Source: an uncultured Candidatus Saccharibacteria bacterium
GTDB taxonomy: Bacteria; Patescibacteriota; Minisyncoccia; Phycocordibacterales; UBA9973
Direction: 5' to 3'
Length of the DNA: 64,000 nucleotides
Assembly: GCA_964522195.1 (NCBI GenBank)
Contig: CAZFSV010000003.1
Span: forward strand, 29,575 to 93,574
Shown: in pieces, positions 37,860 through 47,428 of the stretch
Position numbering within the stretch: the first letter of the stretch is position 1
Layout: every line of letters begins with the position of its first letter
Made by a program: the position numbers and the translations under genes
The notes under the pieces: generated by a model
Seen by the model: only the letters and a program-made list of their open reading frames with translations
Databases searched by the model: none
Told to the model about the DNA's origin: nothing

Positions 37860-39569
37860 ATGGAACACACACCCGAAACCAAGAATTGTCAGAATTGTAA
37901 AAATGATTTCACTGTAGAGAGTGAAGATTTTTCTTTTTACGAAAAGATGCAAGTCCCGGCACCAACTTGGTGTTCATTGTGTCGCTTTACAAGACGCATT
38001 GCATTTATTAATGCTTGGACTATGTATTTTAGAAAATGTGATCTCTGTGGAGAGAAAACAATGTCCATGTACCACCCTGATTCTAAATTAAAACTTTATT
38101 GTCAGCCTTGTTGGTGGAGTGACAAATGGGACGGGACTGAATACGCTATGGATTATGATCCTAGTCGTAATTTTTTGGAACAAGTTTTTGAATTAAAACA
38201 AAATACTCCTTTTTGTGCCCTAGAAACTACATATTTAAATTTAAAAAATTCTGAGTATACAAACGCTATATCATTTGCTAAAAATTGCTATTTAGTTTTC
38301 TGGGCGGATTATTGCGAGAATGTTTTTTATTCCTCTCTTTTAAACACGGTTAAAGATAGTTTAGATTTATTGAGAGTATTTAAATCTGAATTATCCTATG
38401 AGTCTGTTGGTGTTGGTAAATCTAGTAAAGTATTTTTTTCTGATACTTGTGATGATTGTGTTGACGTTTGGTTTTCTAGAAATTGTTATGGATGTATGAA
38501 TGTGGTTGGTTGTGTAAATCTAAGAGGCAAAAGTTATATGATTTTTAATCAACAATATTCTAAAGAAGAATATTTTGAAAAATTAAAAGAATTTAAGCTT
38601 GATACCAGAGAAGGAATTAAAAAGCTTTGGCAAGAATCACAAGACTTTTGGCAAAAGCATCCATATAGAGAATATACAGGCAACCCTCAGAACCTAAATG
38701 TATCTGGTGATTATATTTTTGAATCAAAAAATGCTAAAGATTGTTATATTTCTATGGGTGTTGAAGATTCTAAATATGTTCAATTTGCAACTGTACTAAA
38801 AACTACAAATTGTATGGATTACTCTGGTTGGGGCAATAATGCGTCCATGATGTATGAGTGTGCTTCTATGGGAGAAGATGTTTCAAATTCAAAGTTCTCT
38901 TTTTACAGTTTCCCTGATGTTCTAGGTTTAGAATATTCTATGCATTGTATTTCTGGGAAAAATAATTTTGGGTGTGTGAATTTAAAAAGAAAAAAATACG
39001 CTATTTTAAATAAAGAATATTCCAAAGAAGAATACGAGATTTTGCGGGCAAAAATTATTGAAGATATGACTAATAATCCTTATATAGATAGCAAAGGTAG
39101 AATTTATAAATATGGTGAATTTTTCCCTGTGGAATTTTCTTCTTTCCCGTATAATGATTCAAATGCATCTCGCTTTACTCCTAAAACCAAAGAAGAGGCT
39201 ATTTCTGAAGGGTATAATTGGATAGATAAACCGATAAATAATTATACAGTTACGATAAAGGGGCTTGATCTACCTCAGACTATAGAAGAAGTAGATGAAG
39301 AGATATTAAAAGAAGTGGTAGGGTGTACTAATTGTAATAACGGGTTTAGATTTACTGGAGGGGAGTTGAATTTATACAAAAAGTTGAATTTACCGTTGTC
39401 GGAGAATTGCCCTAAATGCAGAGAAGAGAGAAGATTTAATTCTATCAATAAACCGTATAGTTTTGAATCCAATTGTATGAAATGCAACAAAGAGATTACT
39501 ACTATGCATAATCCAAAAGACAATAAAATAATTTACTGTGTGTCCTGCTATCAGCAAGAGATATTATAA
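37860..39569 (+). CDS. Cys-rich multi-zinc-ribbon repeat protein (intact 569-aa paralog)
   Basis: CxxC pairs at both ends sit inside the conserved F.FYEK..VP.P..C..CR and L.LYKKLNLP....C..CR modules. Internal repeats have the form ...C..C.DVWFS.NC.GC.NVVGCVNLRGKSYMIFNQQYSKEEYF. Confidence 0.55.
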   Translation: MEHTPETKNCQNCKNDFTVESEDFSFYEKMQVPAPTWCSLCRFTRRIAFINAWTMYFRKCDLCGEKTMSMYHPDSKLKLYCQPCWWSDKWDGTEYAMDYDPSRNFLEQVFELKQNTPFCALETTYLNLKNSEYTNAISFAKNCYLVFWADYCENVFYSSLLNTVKDSLDLLRVFKSELSYESVGVGKSSKVFFSDTCDDCVDVWFSRNCYGCMNVVGCVNLRGKSYMIFNQQYSKEEYFEKLKEFKLDTREGIKKLWQESQDFWQKHPYREYTGNPQNLNVSGDYIFESKNAKDCYISMGVEDSKYVQFATVLKTTNCMDYSGWGNNASMMYECASMGEDVSNSKFSFYSFPDVLGLEYSMHCISGKNNFGCVNLKRKKYAILNKEYSKEEYEILRAKIIEDMTNNPYIDSKGRIYKYGEFFPVEFSSFPYNDSNASRFTPKTKEEAISEGYNWIDKPINNYTVTIKGLDLPQTIEEVDEEILKEVVGCTNCNNGFRFTGGELNLYKKLNLPLSENCPKCREERRFNSINKPYSFESNCMKCNKEITTMHNPKDNKIIYCVSCYQQEIL

Positions 39570-39592
39570 TTTTGTGCTAAAATATATAAATA

Positions 39593-41047
39593 ATGGCGAA
39601 ACCAAATCGAGTTCAAATAATTAAATACGGTCCACCACCACCAGAGCTTCCAGTTTATGGCAAGGTAAAACCTGAAGAGGTTTCTTTTATTGGGCGGACT
39701 AATTACGTCGCTTCTCTCGAAGAGAAGAAATTTATTTTCGGTTTCAAGAGAGTCGACCGTCGTCGTCACTTGTATATTATAGGTAAGTCTGGAGTAGGTA
39801 AGACTAAACTTCTCGAACTTTTCTTGCGCCAAGATATCACTTATGGTCACGGACTTTGTCTTATCGATCCTCATGGAGACGTGATAGATTCTATGCTCGA
39901 TTATATTCCAAAAGAACGTATTGAAGACGTTTGTATTATCGATCCGTCTGACGTGAATTTCCCAGCCTCTTTCAATCCTCTAGCGAACGTCGACCCTATG
40001 TTTAAATTTCAATTGACTCAAGGTTTGATTGAAGTTTTTCAAAAGCAATTCGGTGCTAACTGGACTCCTCGTCTCGAGCACGTTTTTCGTTTTACATGTC
40101 TGGCACTACTGGACTATCCGTATGCGACCATGCGCGGAATGATATCTATGCTTACTGATAGAAATTATCGTCAGAAAGTAGTGGAATATATTCAAGACGA
40201 TATGGTCAAAAGATTCTTCGCTATTGAATTCGCGGACTGGTCTGAGAAATTCGATACTGATGCTATTATCCCGCTCGTGAATAAACTCGGTCAATTCTTG
40301 TCTGACCCTTTGCTCCGCAATATCTTCGGTCAGAAAGAAAATAAAATAGATATTAGTACTTTGATGAATGAGCAGAAAATTATTTTGATAAATCTTTCTA
40401 AAGGTAAAATCGGTGAAGAGAATTCTTCTTTCTTTGGATCTATGTTTTTGACCAAGATTAAACAAGCTGGTATGGAACGCGCGCATATCTTAGAGAAAGA
40501 TCGTAAAGATTTTTATATTTATGTCGACGAGTTCCAAAACGTCGTGACTCAAACTTTCGAAAATATTCTATCGGAGGCTCGTAAATATGGATTGAACTTA
40601 ACCATGGCTCACCAATACGTCGGGCAGATTCAACCGAAAATCTATCAATCCATTCTCGGTAACGTTGGATCAATTATTTCTTTCCGTGTGGGAGGAGAAG
40701 ACGCGACTCGTTTGAAACCAGAATTCGACCCGCTTTTCGGAGTCAAAGATATGATCAACCTTGCTGTGGGAGAATTTTATATCAAGATGACTATCGACGG
40801 GGAGAGTTATGACCCTTTCTCAGCAGAGACTCTACGAGTATTACCTCCGACTCATACCTCCTACAGAGAAGAAATCATGGCAGCTTCACGTCGCAAATAT
40901 GCTATCTCAAAAGGTGACGCTCAGAGATTGATCCAAGAAGAGGAGTCTACTATAATTCGTAGTGCTGAAGAAAAAGCTGCGATAAAAGGTGCCGGCAGAA
41001 CAGAAGAAGGAGATAGAAAAGAAACGGAATCTGAACCTATGATATAA
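39593..41047 (+). CDS. TraD/VirD4 (type IV coupling protein)-like AAA ATPase, no TM segments
   Basis: Walker A IIGKSGVGKT, LCLIDPHGD...CIIDPSD..FNPL, Walker B IYVDEFQNV and LTMAHQ. Confidence 0.5.
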   Translation: MAKPNRVQIIKYGPPPPELPVYGKVKPEEVSFIGRTNYVASLEEKKFIFGFKRVDRRRHLYIIGKSGVGKTKLLELFLRQDITYGHGLCLIDPHGDVIDSMLDYIPKERIEDVCIIDPSDVNFPASFNPLANVDPMFKFQLTQGLIEVFQKQFGANWTPRLEHVFRFTCLALLDYPYATMRGMISMLTDRNYRQKVVEYIQDDMVKRFFAIEFADWSEKFDTDAIIPLVNKLGQFLSDPLLRNIFGQKENKIDISTLMNEQKIILINLSKGKIGEENSSFFGSMFLTKIKQAGMERAHILEKDRKDFYIYVDEFQNVVTQTFENILSEARKYGLNLTMAHQYVGQIQPKIYQSILGNVGSIISFRVGGEDATRLKPEFDPLFGVKDMINLAVGEFYIKMTIDGESYDPFSAETLRVLPPTHTSYREEIMAASRRKYAISKGDAQRLIQEEESTIIRSAEEKAAIKGAGRTEEGDRKETESEPMI

Positions 41048-41120
41048 AACATAGAACATATTTTTTGCGGTCGCAAAAAATATGTTGATTTTTGATTGGA
41101 GCTTTGGTAAAATATGGTTC

Positions 41121-41984
41121 ATGAGTAAAGATTACTATCAAACATTAGGAGTAAATAAAAATGCCTCAAAAGACGAAATCAAAAAGGCTTTTTATAAGTT
41201 GGCTCATAAATATCATCCTGACAAAAAAGAAGGAGATGAAAAGAAATTCAAAGAGGTAAATGAAGCTTATCAAACCCTTTCAGATGATCAAAAACGAGCT
41301 CAGTATGATCGTTTTGGCTCAAATTATCAAAATATGGGTGGATCAGGTTACGGACAACAAGGTGGCGGTTTTGGAGGTTTTGAAGGTTTCGATTTCTCTC
41401 AAGGGTTCGGTCAAAATGGCGGAATGGAATTTGACTTGAATGATATCTTTTCTGATTTCTTTGGTGGAGGTGGAGGTAGGGCTCAAGCTCGTCGTGGACG
41501 AGATTTACAAACTGAAATAAATATTACTTTCTCAGAAGCTATACTAGGAGTAAATAAAAAAATTAGTATTACAAAAAATAGTGAATGTGATGCTTGTAAC
41601 GGTAAAGGAGCTAAAAAGGGAACTAAGATGGAAACCTGTAAAACTTGCGCGGGAAAAGGTAAAATTCAAGAAATGAAAAGAACTATCTTTGGTAATATTG
41701 CAAATACTCGTATTTGTGATACTTGCCAAGGAGCAGGAGAGATACCAAAAGAGGTTTGTGATACTTGCCACGGCAAGGGAATTATTAAGAAGACAGAAGA
41801 AATAAATATACCTATTCCGCAAGGGGTCTTAAGTGGTCAGAATTTGCGTATGTCTGGAGCTGGAGAAGCTGTATTTAGAGGAACGAAAGGGGATTTATAT
41901 ATAAAAGTAAATATTAAAATACCTAGCAAAATATCATCCAAAGCTCGTGAACTATTAGAAAAACTAAAAGAAGAAGGAATATAG
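41121..41984 (+). CDS. dnaJ: chaperone DnaJ
   Basis: The J-domain [11 protein letters not shown]...HPDK, a G/F-rich region and a CxxCxGxG zinc finger ([32 protein letters not shown]). Confidence 0.85.
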   Translation: MSKDYYQTLGVNKNASKDEIKKAFYKLAHKYHPDKKEGDEKKFKEVNEAYQTLSDDQKRAQYDRFGSNYQNMGGSGYGQQGGGFGGFEGFDFSQGFGQNGGMEFDLNDIFSDFFGGGGGRAQARRGRDLQTEINITFSEAILGVNKKISITKNSECDACNGKGAKKGTKMETCKTCAGKGKIQEMKRTIFGNIANTRICDTCQGAGEIPKEVCDTCHGKGIIKKTEEINIPIPQGVLSGQNLRMSGAGEAVFRGTKGDLYIKVNIKIPSKISSKARELLEKLKEEGI

Positions 41985-41989
41985 GAATG

Positions 41990-42020
41990 AAAAAGCAAGG
42001 TTATAAAACCCTTGCTTTTT
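41990..42020 (+). terminator. terminator after dnaJ
   Basis: aaaaagcaagg-ttataaaac-ccttgcttttt. Confidence 0.55.
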
Positions 42021-42111
42021 ATCTTAATATATGTTATAGTATTTTTGATATGTTCCTTGAGAATTTTCTTTTTCAAGAACAAAAAAATTAATTAAATAAA
42101 AATATTAAATC

Positions 42112-42513
42112 ATGAATTGGTTAGTAATTTTTAAAAATTTCTTTATTTTTTTAGCTGTGGTCATATGGTCTTGTTATGCATTACTTTACAATGAAATACC
42201 AAATGGTAAATTTGTATTTATAGTTTATGCAATAACAGGTTTGGCATTCTTTTTAACAAAAGAAAATCAAATAAAAGTATCGCTGCTTATGTTGCTTGTA
42301 CTTTCTCCTGTTGTGGAAATTTTTTGGTTATTCTTTGAGTATAGTTTAACTATTAATGAATATGTAATCGATAAAAATGCCAATTTTAATTTTGCAGGGA
42401 TTGGAAGTATTATACTTTTTTGTGTAGGTATACCAATATTTTTAGTTCTTTTTGACGAAATGGTTTTAAAAAAAATTAATGAATTAAAAGCCAAAAAAGA
42501 ACAAAAATTTTAA
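42112..42513 (+). CDS. hypothetical membrane protein
   Basis: Three to four TM helices. Confidence 0.3.
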   Translation: MNWLVIFKNFFIFLAVVIWSCYALLYNEIPNGKFVFIVYAITGLAFFLTKENQIKVSLLMLLVLSPVVEIFWLFFEYSLTINEYVIDKNANFNFAGIGSIILFCVGIPIFLVLFDEMVLKKINELKAKKEQKF

Positions 42514-42805
42514 TTAATTTTTAAATTTTTTTTAAAATGAATAATATTAATTTTAATGAAATATTCACTAAAAGCTTAATCGCTTTAGTGAGTACAGGTG
42601 TTGGAGTACTTGGACTTCAAATATATCAATCCACAAAAATTGATATAGCATACCTTGCTTTTGAAATAATTTTAATTTTTTTTGTTTTTATTCTAATAAT
42701 TTTTAAATGGGAATAAGAACAAATTAATAAAGAAAACTTTAATCTTGTCTTGTTTAACTTCAAAAAACAAAAATCGGGCGATTTATCTACCCGATTTTTT
42801 TATTT

Positions 42806-43705
42806 TTATTTCAACCTATTTTTAAACTTTTTAGTAATTATTGAATAGATTAGTTGAGCGGAAGAGTATTCTGTAATTACCGTTTCTTTTTGTGGACTTA
42901 CTTCGACTATATCGGCTCCAATTAATTCAAATTTTGAGATTGCTTTATCTAGTAGTTCCATACCGTAGTCCCAAGTTAATCCTCCTGGTACAGGAGTTCC
43001 AGTGCCAGGCATGACAGAGGGATCAAATCCGTCCACGTCGATAGTGATATATAAATATTTAGTTTTGATAGATTTTATAATTTCTTCTATCTTTGGTAAT
43101 TTTTTTGGAAAACCTGATTCAAACATTTGAATATTTTTATTTTGATTTACGTATGTGTATTCGTCACTTGAGAAACTTCTCGCTCCGACGTTTAAAATAT
43201 TGTATCCAAGTTCATGAGCTCGACGCATTATGGTCGAATGAGCCAGATGGGTAGGATTGGTACTATAATCTGAATCGTCGTTGCGTAAATCCAAATGAGC
43301 GTCTATTTGTAGAATAGTCACATCTTTTGGATTATATTTTTGACTTAAAGTTTTATATAGTCCAAGTGGTACAGAATGTTCTCCACCTAAAATAAAAACA
43401 AATTTATCAGCATTTACTAATTTGTCTGTAGATTTATGAATTTTTTGATAAACTGCTTCTGGTTTTAGGGTGTTTAGATTACCTAGATCTGTGTGTGAAG
43501 TTTTAACATAATCAATAATTTCTTTTTGGTATTCACGATCAAAGAACTCTATTTGAGTTGCTAGATTTTTAATTACACTCTTTGGGCCGTTGACTGTACC
43601 TTTGTGACTTGAGGCTGTTTTGTCATAAGGAGCAGAAACTAATACCACATCCGCATTTTCCCATTTTTTTTCATTAATTATTGATTTGATTTTTTGTTTT
43701 GACAT
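42806..43705 (-). CDS. arginase/agmatinase-family ureohydrolase
   Basis: GGEHSV, DAHLD and DVDGFDPSVMPGTGTP, which are the Mn-binding motifs. Confidence 0.7.
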   Translation of the reverse strand: MSKQKIKSIINEKKWENADVVLVSAPYDKTASSHKGTVNGPKSVIKNLATQIEFFDREYQKEIIDYVKTSHTDLGNLNTLKPEAVYQKIHKSTDKLVNADKFVFILGGEHSVPLGLYKTLSQKYNPKDVTILQIDAHLDLRNDDSDYSTNPTHLAHSTIMRRAHELGYNILNVGARSFSSDEYTYVNQNKNIQMFESGFPKKLPKIEEIIKSIKTKYLYITIDVDGFDPSVMPGTGTPVPGGLTWDYGMELLDKAISKFELIGADIVEVSPQKETVITEYSSAQLIYSIITKKFKNRLK

Positions 43706-43926
43706 TAATAAATTTTAGCATTTTATGATTTATATGAAAAGTGATATAATGCCCATGTGAATATAAATTTATTATATGCAATCAGAATTAATAAATATTA
43801 TTTAAACTAAAAGTTTTTTATAAGATTTTTAGTGGTATTTTGGATTCTTGAAATAGAAATTACTGATAATAAATAGTAAGTTTAATAATTTTAAATACAT
43901 TAAAAACATAATTTTAAAAGTAAAAA

Positions 43927-44901
43927 ATGATGAATAAAAAATTAAAATTAGGAGTTATTTTTGGAGGCAAATCAGCAGAGCATGAAGTTTCTATAAATTC
44001 AGCTAAAAACATAATTAATTCTTTAGACAAAGAAAAATACGAAGTTATACCTGTAAAAATAGGTAAAGACGGTAAGATTCCTTTTAATAAACTAATTAAA
44101 TTGGATGTAGCTTTTCCTATCATTCATGGACCTTTTGGAGAAGATGGATCTTTGCAGGGGGTTTTTAAGATTTTAAATATTCCTTTTGTGGGTCCTTCGG
44201 TTTTAGGTAGTGCAGTAGGTATGGATAAAGATGTTATGAAGAGACTACTTAATGAAGCGGGTATAAAAAACGCTAAAGGTATAGTTTTAAAATATAATGA
44301 AAAATTAACTTTTGAAAAAGCTAAGGCTGTTTTAGGATTACCTATGTTTGTAAAACCTGCTAATTTAGGTTCTTCTGTAGGAGTATCTAAAGTAGAAAAT
44401 AAAAAAGATTTTATTGAAGCTATAAAAGAAGCTTTTAAATATGATATTAAAATAATAATAGAAGAAGCTATTATAGGTCGCGAGCTTGAATGTTCTGTTT
44501 TAGGAAATGAAAAACCAATTGCGTCCCCAATAGGCGAAGTTATAATGAATACAAGTTCGTTCTATTCTTATGATGCAAAATACATAGAGTCTGAAGGAGC
44601 TATCACTGAAATCCCAGCGAAAAATTTATCGAAATCAGATATCAAAAAATTACAAGATACTGCAATTGCCGTTTTTCAAACTTTATGCTGTGAAGGTTTA
44701 TCGAGGGTTGATATGTTTTTAACTAAAAAAGGAGAGATATATGTAAATGAAATAAATACTTTGCCAGGTTTTACTGATATCAGTATGTATCCTAAGCTTT
44801 TTGCACTAAAAGGAATAAATCAAAGTATTCTGATTGATAAATTAATATTACTTGCAATAGAGAGATTTGAAAGAGACTCTAAATTAATTACTAGTATCTA
44901 A
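43927..44901 (+). CDS. ddl: D-alanine--D-alanine ligase
   Basis: LGVIFGGKSAEHEVS plus an ATP-grasp domain. Confidence 0.8.
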   Translation: MMNKKLKLGVIFGGKSAEHEVSINSAKNIINSLDKEKYEVIPVKIGKDGKIPFNKLIKLDVAFPIIHGPFGEDGSLQGVFKILNIPFVGPSVLGSAVGMDKDVMKRLLNEAGIKNAKGIVLKYNEKLTFEKAKAVLGLPMFVKPANLGSSVGVSKVENKKDFIEAIKEAFKYDIKIIIEEAIIGRELECSVLGNEKPIASPIGEVIMNTSSFYSYDAKYIESEGAITEIPAKNLSKSDIKKLQDTAIAVFQTLCCEGLSRVDMFLTKKGEIYVNEINTLPGFTDISMYPKLFALKGINQSILIDKLILLAIERFERDSKLITSI

Positions 44902-44902
44902 A

Positions 44903-46036
44903 ATGACAAAAAAACCTTCATCTTATATAGAAATTTCAGGTCAAAATTTGATTTACAACTTGACTCAATTTAGAAAACTTATAAAAAAAGAAACAGAATT
45001 AGCTTTTGCTATTAAAGGTAATGCTTATGGACACGGTCAAAATGAAATTGCTAAAATTGCCGAAAAATACGTGGATTATTTTTTTGTAAATAGCTTACTT
45101 GAACTTGAGCTTCTACGAAAAGTTAGTAAGAAAAAAACTTTTCTTTTTGGTTTCGTGCAAAACTCTGATTTGAAAAAAGCTATTAAATTAAAGGCTATTT
45201 TAGCAATCTTTAGTAAAGATCAATTATTAGAGTTGATTAAAATTACAAATAAAACAAAAGAAATAATTGAAATCCATATACCTGTGGATGCATTACTTGG
45301 ACGAGAAGGTTTTTTAATGGAAGAATTTAAAGAAATTTTAGATATTTTAAAAAATTCAAAATATATTAAACTTGCTGGTATTTATGGACATTTTGCAAAC
45401 ATAGAAGATGTGAATAATTTTACTTATGCAAAAAAGCAAATAAATGAATATAAGAAGTTTTTAAAAATTTTAGAAAAATCTGATTTTAAAAACATTAAAA
45501 CTCATATTTCGGCAACTTCTGGAGTTTTAGTTTATGAAAAAAATTTAGGTTTAAATAATATTGTAAGAGTTGGAATAGGAGCTTATGGTCTTTGGCCCTC
45601 AGCACATATTAAATATATATACAAAAATAAATTAGAATTAAAACCTGTTTTAAGTTTTAAAACAAAATTAGCACAAATTAAAATTTTGGATGAGGGAAAA
45701 ACTATAGGTTATGGACTTACATATATGACCATAGAAAAAACTAAAATCGGAATAATTCCTTTAGGTTATGCTGATGGTATAGACAGGAGACTCTCTAATA
45801 TTGGTGAAGTTTTAATTAATGGAGAACGGTGCAGTATTTTAGGTAGAGTTTCTATGAATATGATCGTAGTTAATTTAAATAATTTAAAAGAAGTAGAGGT
45901 AGGGGATGAAGTAGTAATGATTGGCAAGCAAGGGAAAAATGAAATATCAGCTGAAGATATTGCTTTTAAAATAGGTTCTATAAATTACGAAGTAGTAACT
46001 AGATTGAGTTCTGTTTTGCCTAGAGTGATAAAATAA
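44903..46036 (+). CDS. alr: alanine racemase
   Basis: AFAIKGNAYGHG PLP-Lys motif, a TIM barrel and a C-terminal domain. Confidence 0.8.
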   Translation: MTKKPSSYIEISGQNLIYNLTQFRKLIKKETELAFAIKGNAYGHGQNEIAKIAEKYVDYFFVNSLLELELLRKVSKKKTFLFGFVQNSDLKKAIKLKAILAIFSKDQLLELIKITNKTKEIIEIHIPVDALLGREGFLMEEFKEILDILKNSKYIKLAGIYGHFANIEDVNNFTYAKKQINEYKKFLKILEKSDFKNIKTHISATSGVLVYEKNLGLNNIVRVGIGAYGLWPSAHIKYIYKNKLELKPVLSFKTKLAQIKILDEGKTIGYGLTYMTIEKTKIGIIPLGYADGIDRRLSNIGEVLINGERCSILGRVSMNMIVVNLNNLKEVEVGDEVVMIGKQGKNEISAEDIAFKIGSINYEVVTRLSSVLPRVIK

Positions 46037-46112
46037 ATATTTTTACTATTGATTTTTTGTTTAAAATGTGTTTTAATTTATTTGAATAAAAATATTTTTT
46101 AAAAATTTAAAT

Positions 46113-46784
46113 TTGAAAGTTATGAGAAATTTATTTTTTTTATTGTTCTTAGTAATTCCTTTTTCAGTTTTTTCACAATATGATGAGAAAGAAAAAGAAG
46201 AAGAAAAAACTGAAAAGCAAACCACAAAATTCACCTGTGATGACTTACTCAAAGAGCATTTGGCTTCCTGCGAGCGTTGCGCTACTGGGGACAAATGTTA
46301 CACTCGGCGAGATATTATTGACTTTTGTTCTGGTAAAAAAGAGCAAGAGTTAATAGTGGTTGATCCTGGCTCGGATAATTGTGGATGTCCTACTTATGGT
46401 TTTCATTATCCTCAAGTAAGTCCTTGGTTTAATGAATATTATACACCTTACAACACAGGATTTTATTATACGGGACCTACTTTTGGTTATGGTTCTGGTT
46501 TAAATCTTTCTGTAGGAGTTAGGGGAGGATATTTTGTTGGAGGAGCTTATCCGAATTTAGGGTCTTATTATGGTAGAGCCTATTATAATTCTTACGGAGG
46601 ATATTACGGCCGAGGGTCTTATTATGGTAGAGGCTATTATAATTATCAAGGAGGATATTACGGTAGAGGTAACTACTACGGTCAAGGTGGTTTCCATGGT
46701 AATGGAAATTATTATAATCACGGAGGAGGAAGTAGTAGAGGGAGCTATTATGGCTCTAGAAAAACGACACAACGGGGTCGTTAA
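46113..46784 (+). CDS. secreted Cys-containing protein with a Gly/Tyr/Arg-rich low-complexity tail
   Basis: Signal peptide, an eight-Cys N-domain and the repeats GGYYGRGSYYGRGYYNYQGGYYGRGNYYGQGG. Confidence 0.4.
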   Translation: MKVMRNLFFLLFLVIPFSVFSQYDEKEKEEEKTEKQTTKFTCDDLLKEHLASCERCATGDKCYTRRDIIDFCSGKKEQELIVVDPGSDNCGCPTYGFHYPQVSPWFNEYYTPYNTGFYYTGPTFGYGSGLNLSVGVRGGYFVGGAYPNLGSYYGRAYYNSYGGYYGRGSYYGRGYYNYQGGYYGRGNYYGQGGFHGNGNYYNHGGGSSRGSYYGSRKTTQRGR

Positions 46785-46880
46785 AAAAAATAAAACAAAA
46801 AAGGAATACCCCTACTTATCATTTTTGGTAAGTAGGGATTTTTATTTGCTTTTTTAGGTTTTTTATACTATTATGTAGAA

Positions 46881-47036
46881 ATGTCACAAGATAGACTTAT
46901 AAAAATACAAAACAAGGATACAAAAGAGATTTATTATACAAGAAAGAACAAGAAAACTGTTACCAAGAAACTTGAACTTAAAAAGTATAGTAGAAAGCTT
47001 AGAAAACATGTTGTTTTTAAAGAAATCAAGAAATAA
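46881..47036 (+). CDS. rpmG: 50S ribosomal protein L33, Cys-less (non-zinc) form (absent from the ORF track because it is under 60 aa)
   Basis: MSQDRLIKIQNKDTKEIYYTRKNKKTVTKKLELKKYSRKLRKHVVFKEIKK matches the L33 pattern ...LELKKY.P..RKH...KE.K. Confidence 0.55.
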   Translation: MSQDRLIKIQNKDTKEIYYTRKNKKTVTKKLELKKYSRKLRKHVVFKEIKK

Positions 47037-47174
47037 TTTCTCTTTTAAAATTTATTTGTTATAATAACTAAACGATAAGGTAAAACTTATCGTTTAGTTC
47101 TTTTTAGGGTATTTATATCCTATTGAAAACATTATTATTCGTATGTTTTCACCCTAGCGCAAGCTAGGGTTTTA

Positions 47175-47245
47175 GGGCGATTAGTTTAGTGGTAGAACAA
47201 CGGTCTCCAAAACCGTTGGCGGGAGTTCGATTCTCTCATCGCCCG
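47175..47245 (+). tRNA. tRNA-Trp (anticodon CCA)
   Basis: Acceptor GGGCGAT/ATCGCCC, anticodon stem ACGGT/ACCGT with loop CTCCAAA, T-arm GGGAGTTCGATTCTCTC. A terminator hairpin follows at 47252..47279. Confidence 0.8.
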
Positions 47246-47280
47246 CAAAAAAAGAACAGCGAAAGCTGTTTTTTTTGTTG

Positions 47281-47428
47281 GGCGATAGCAGGCAAACTAC
47301 TTTGCCTGTGTGAGGAATCGAAAGGCGGAACTATATTTTTTGAGCACAAAAAATAAGTGAGCCAGGGTTGTGAAAATTTTCAAGCGACGGCGAGAAAATT
47401 ATTCCTGACCGGTCTCTCATCGCCCGCA
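47281..47428 (+). repeat. tRNA-adjacent mini-element, copy 3, ending in a 16-nt exact direct repeat of the tRNA-Trp 3' end
   Basis: It starts gggcgatagcaggca (the tRNA 5' end plus the atagcaggca motif). It contains gaaaattttc...gcgacggcgagaaaattattcctgacc. tctctcatcgcccgca occurs at 47232..47247 and again at 47413..47428. Confidence 0.55.

Noticed and set aside
33782-41984. dnaK deletion as the interpretation of grpE...dnaJ without dnaK
   Set aside because: dnaK may simply be encoded elsewhere. Only its absence from this window can be stated.
42538-42717. 59-aa hydrophobic ORF (MNNINFNEIFTKSLIALVSTGVGVLGLQIYQ...)
   Set aside because: Plausible small membrane protein, but there is no conservation evidence and it is below a confident call, so it is not listed as a feature.
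46500-46760. Apparent DNA tandem repeats in 46113..46784
   Set aside because: The periodicity is codon-level low complexity (GGYYGRG units) within a continuous ORF, not a non-coding tandem repeat or CRISPR.
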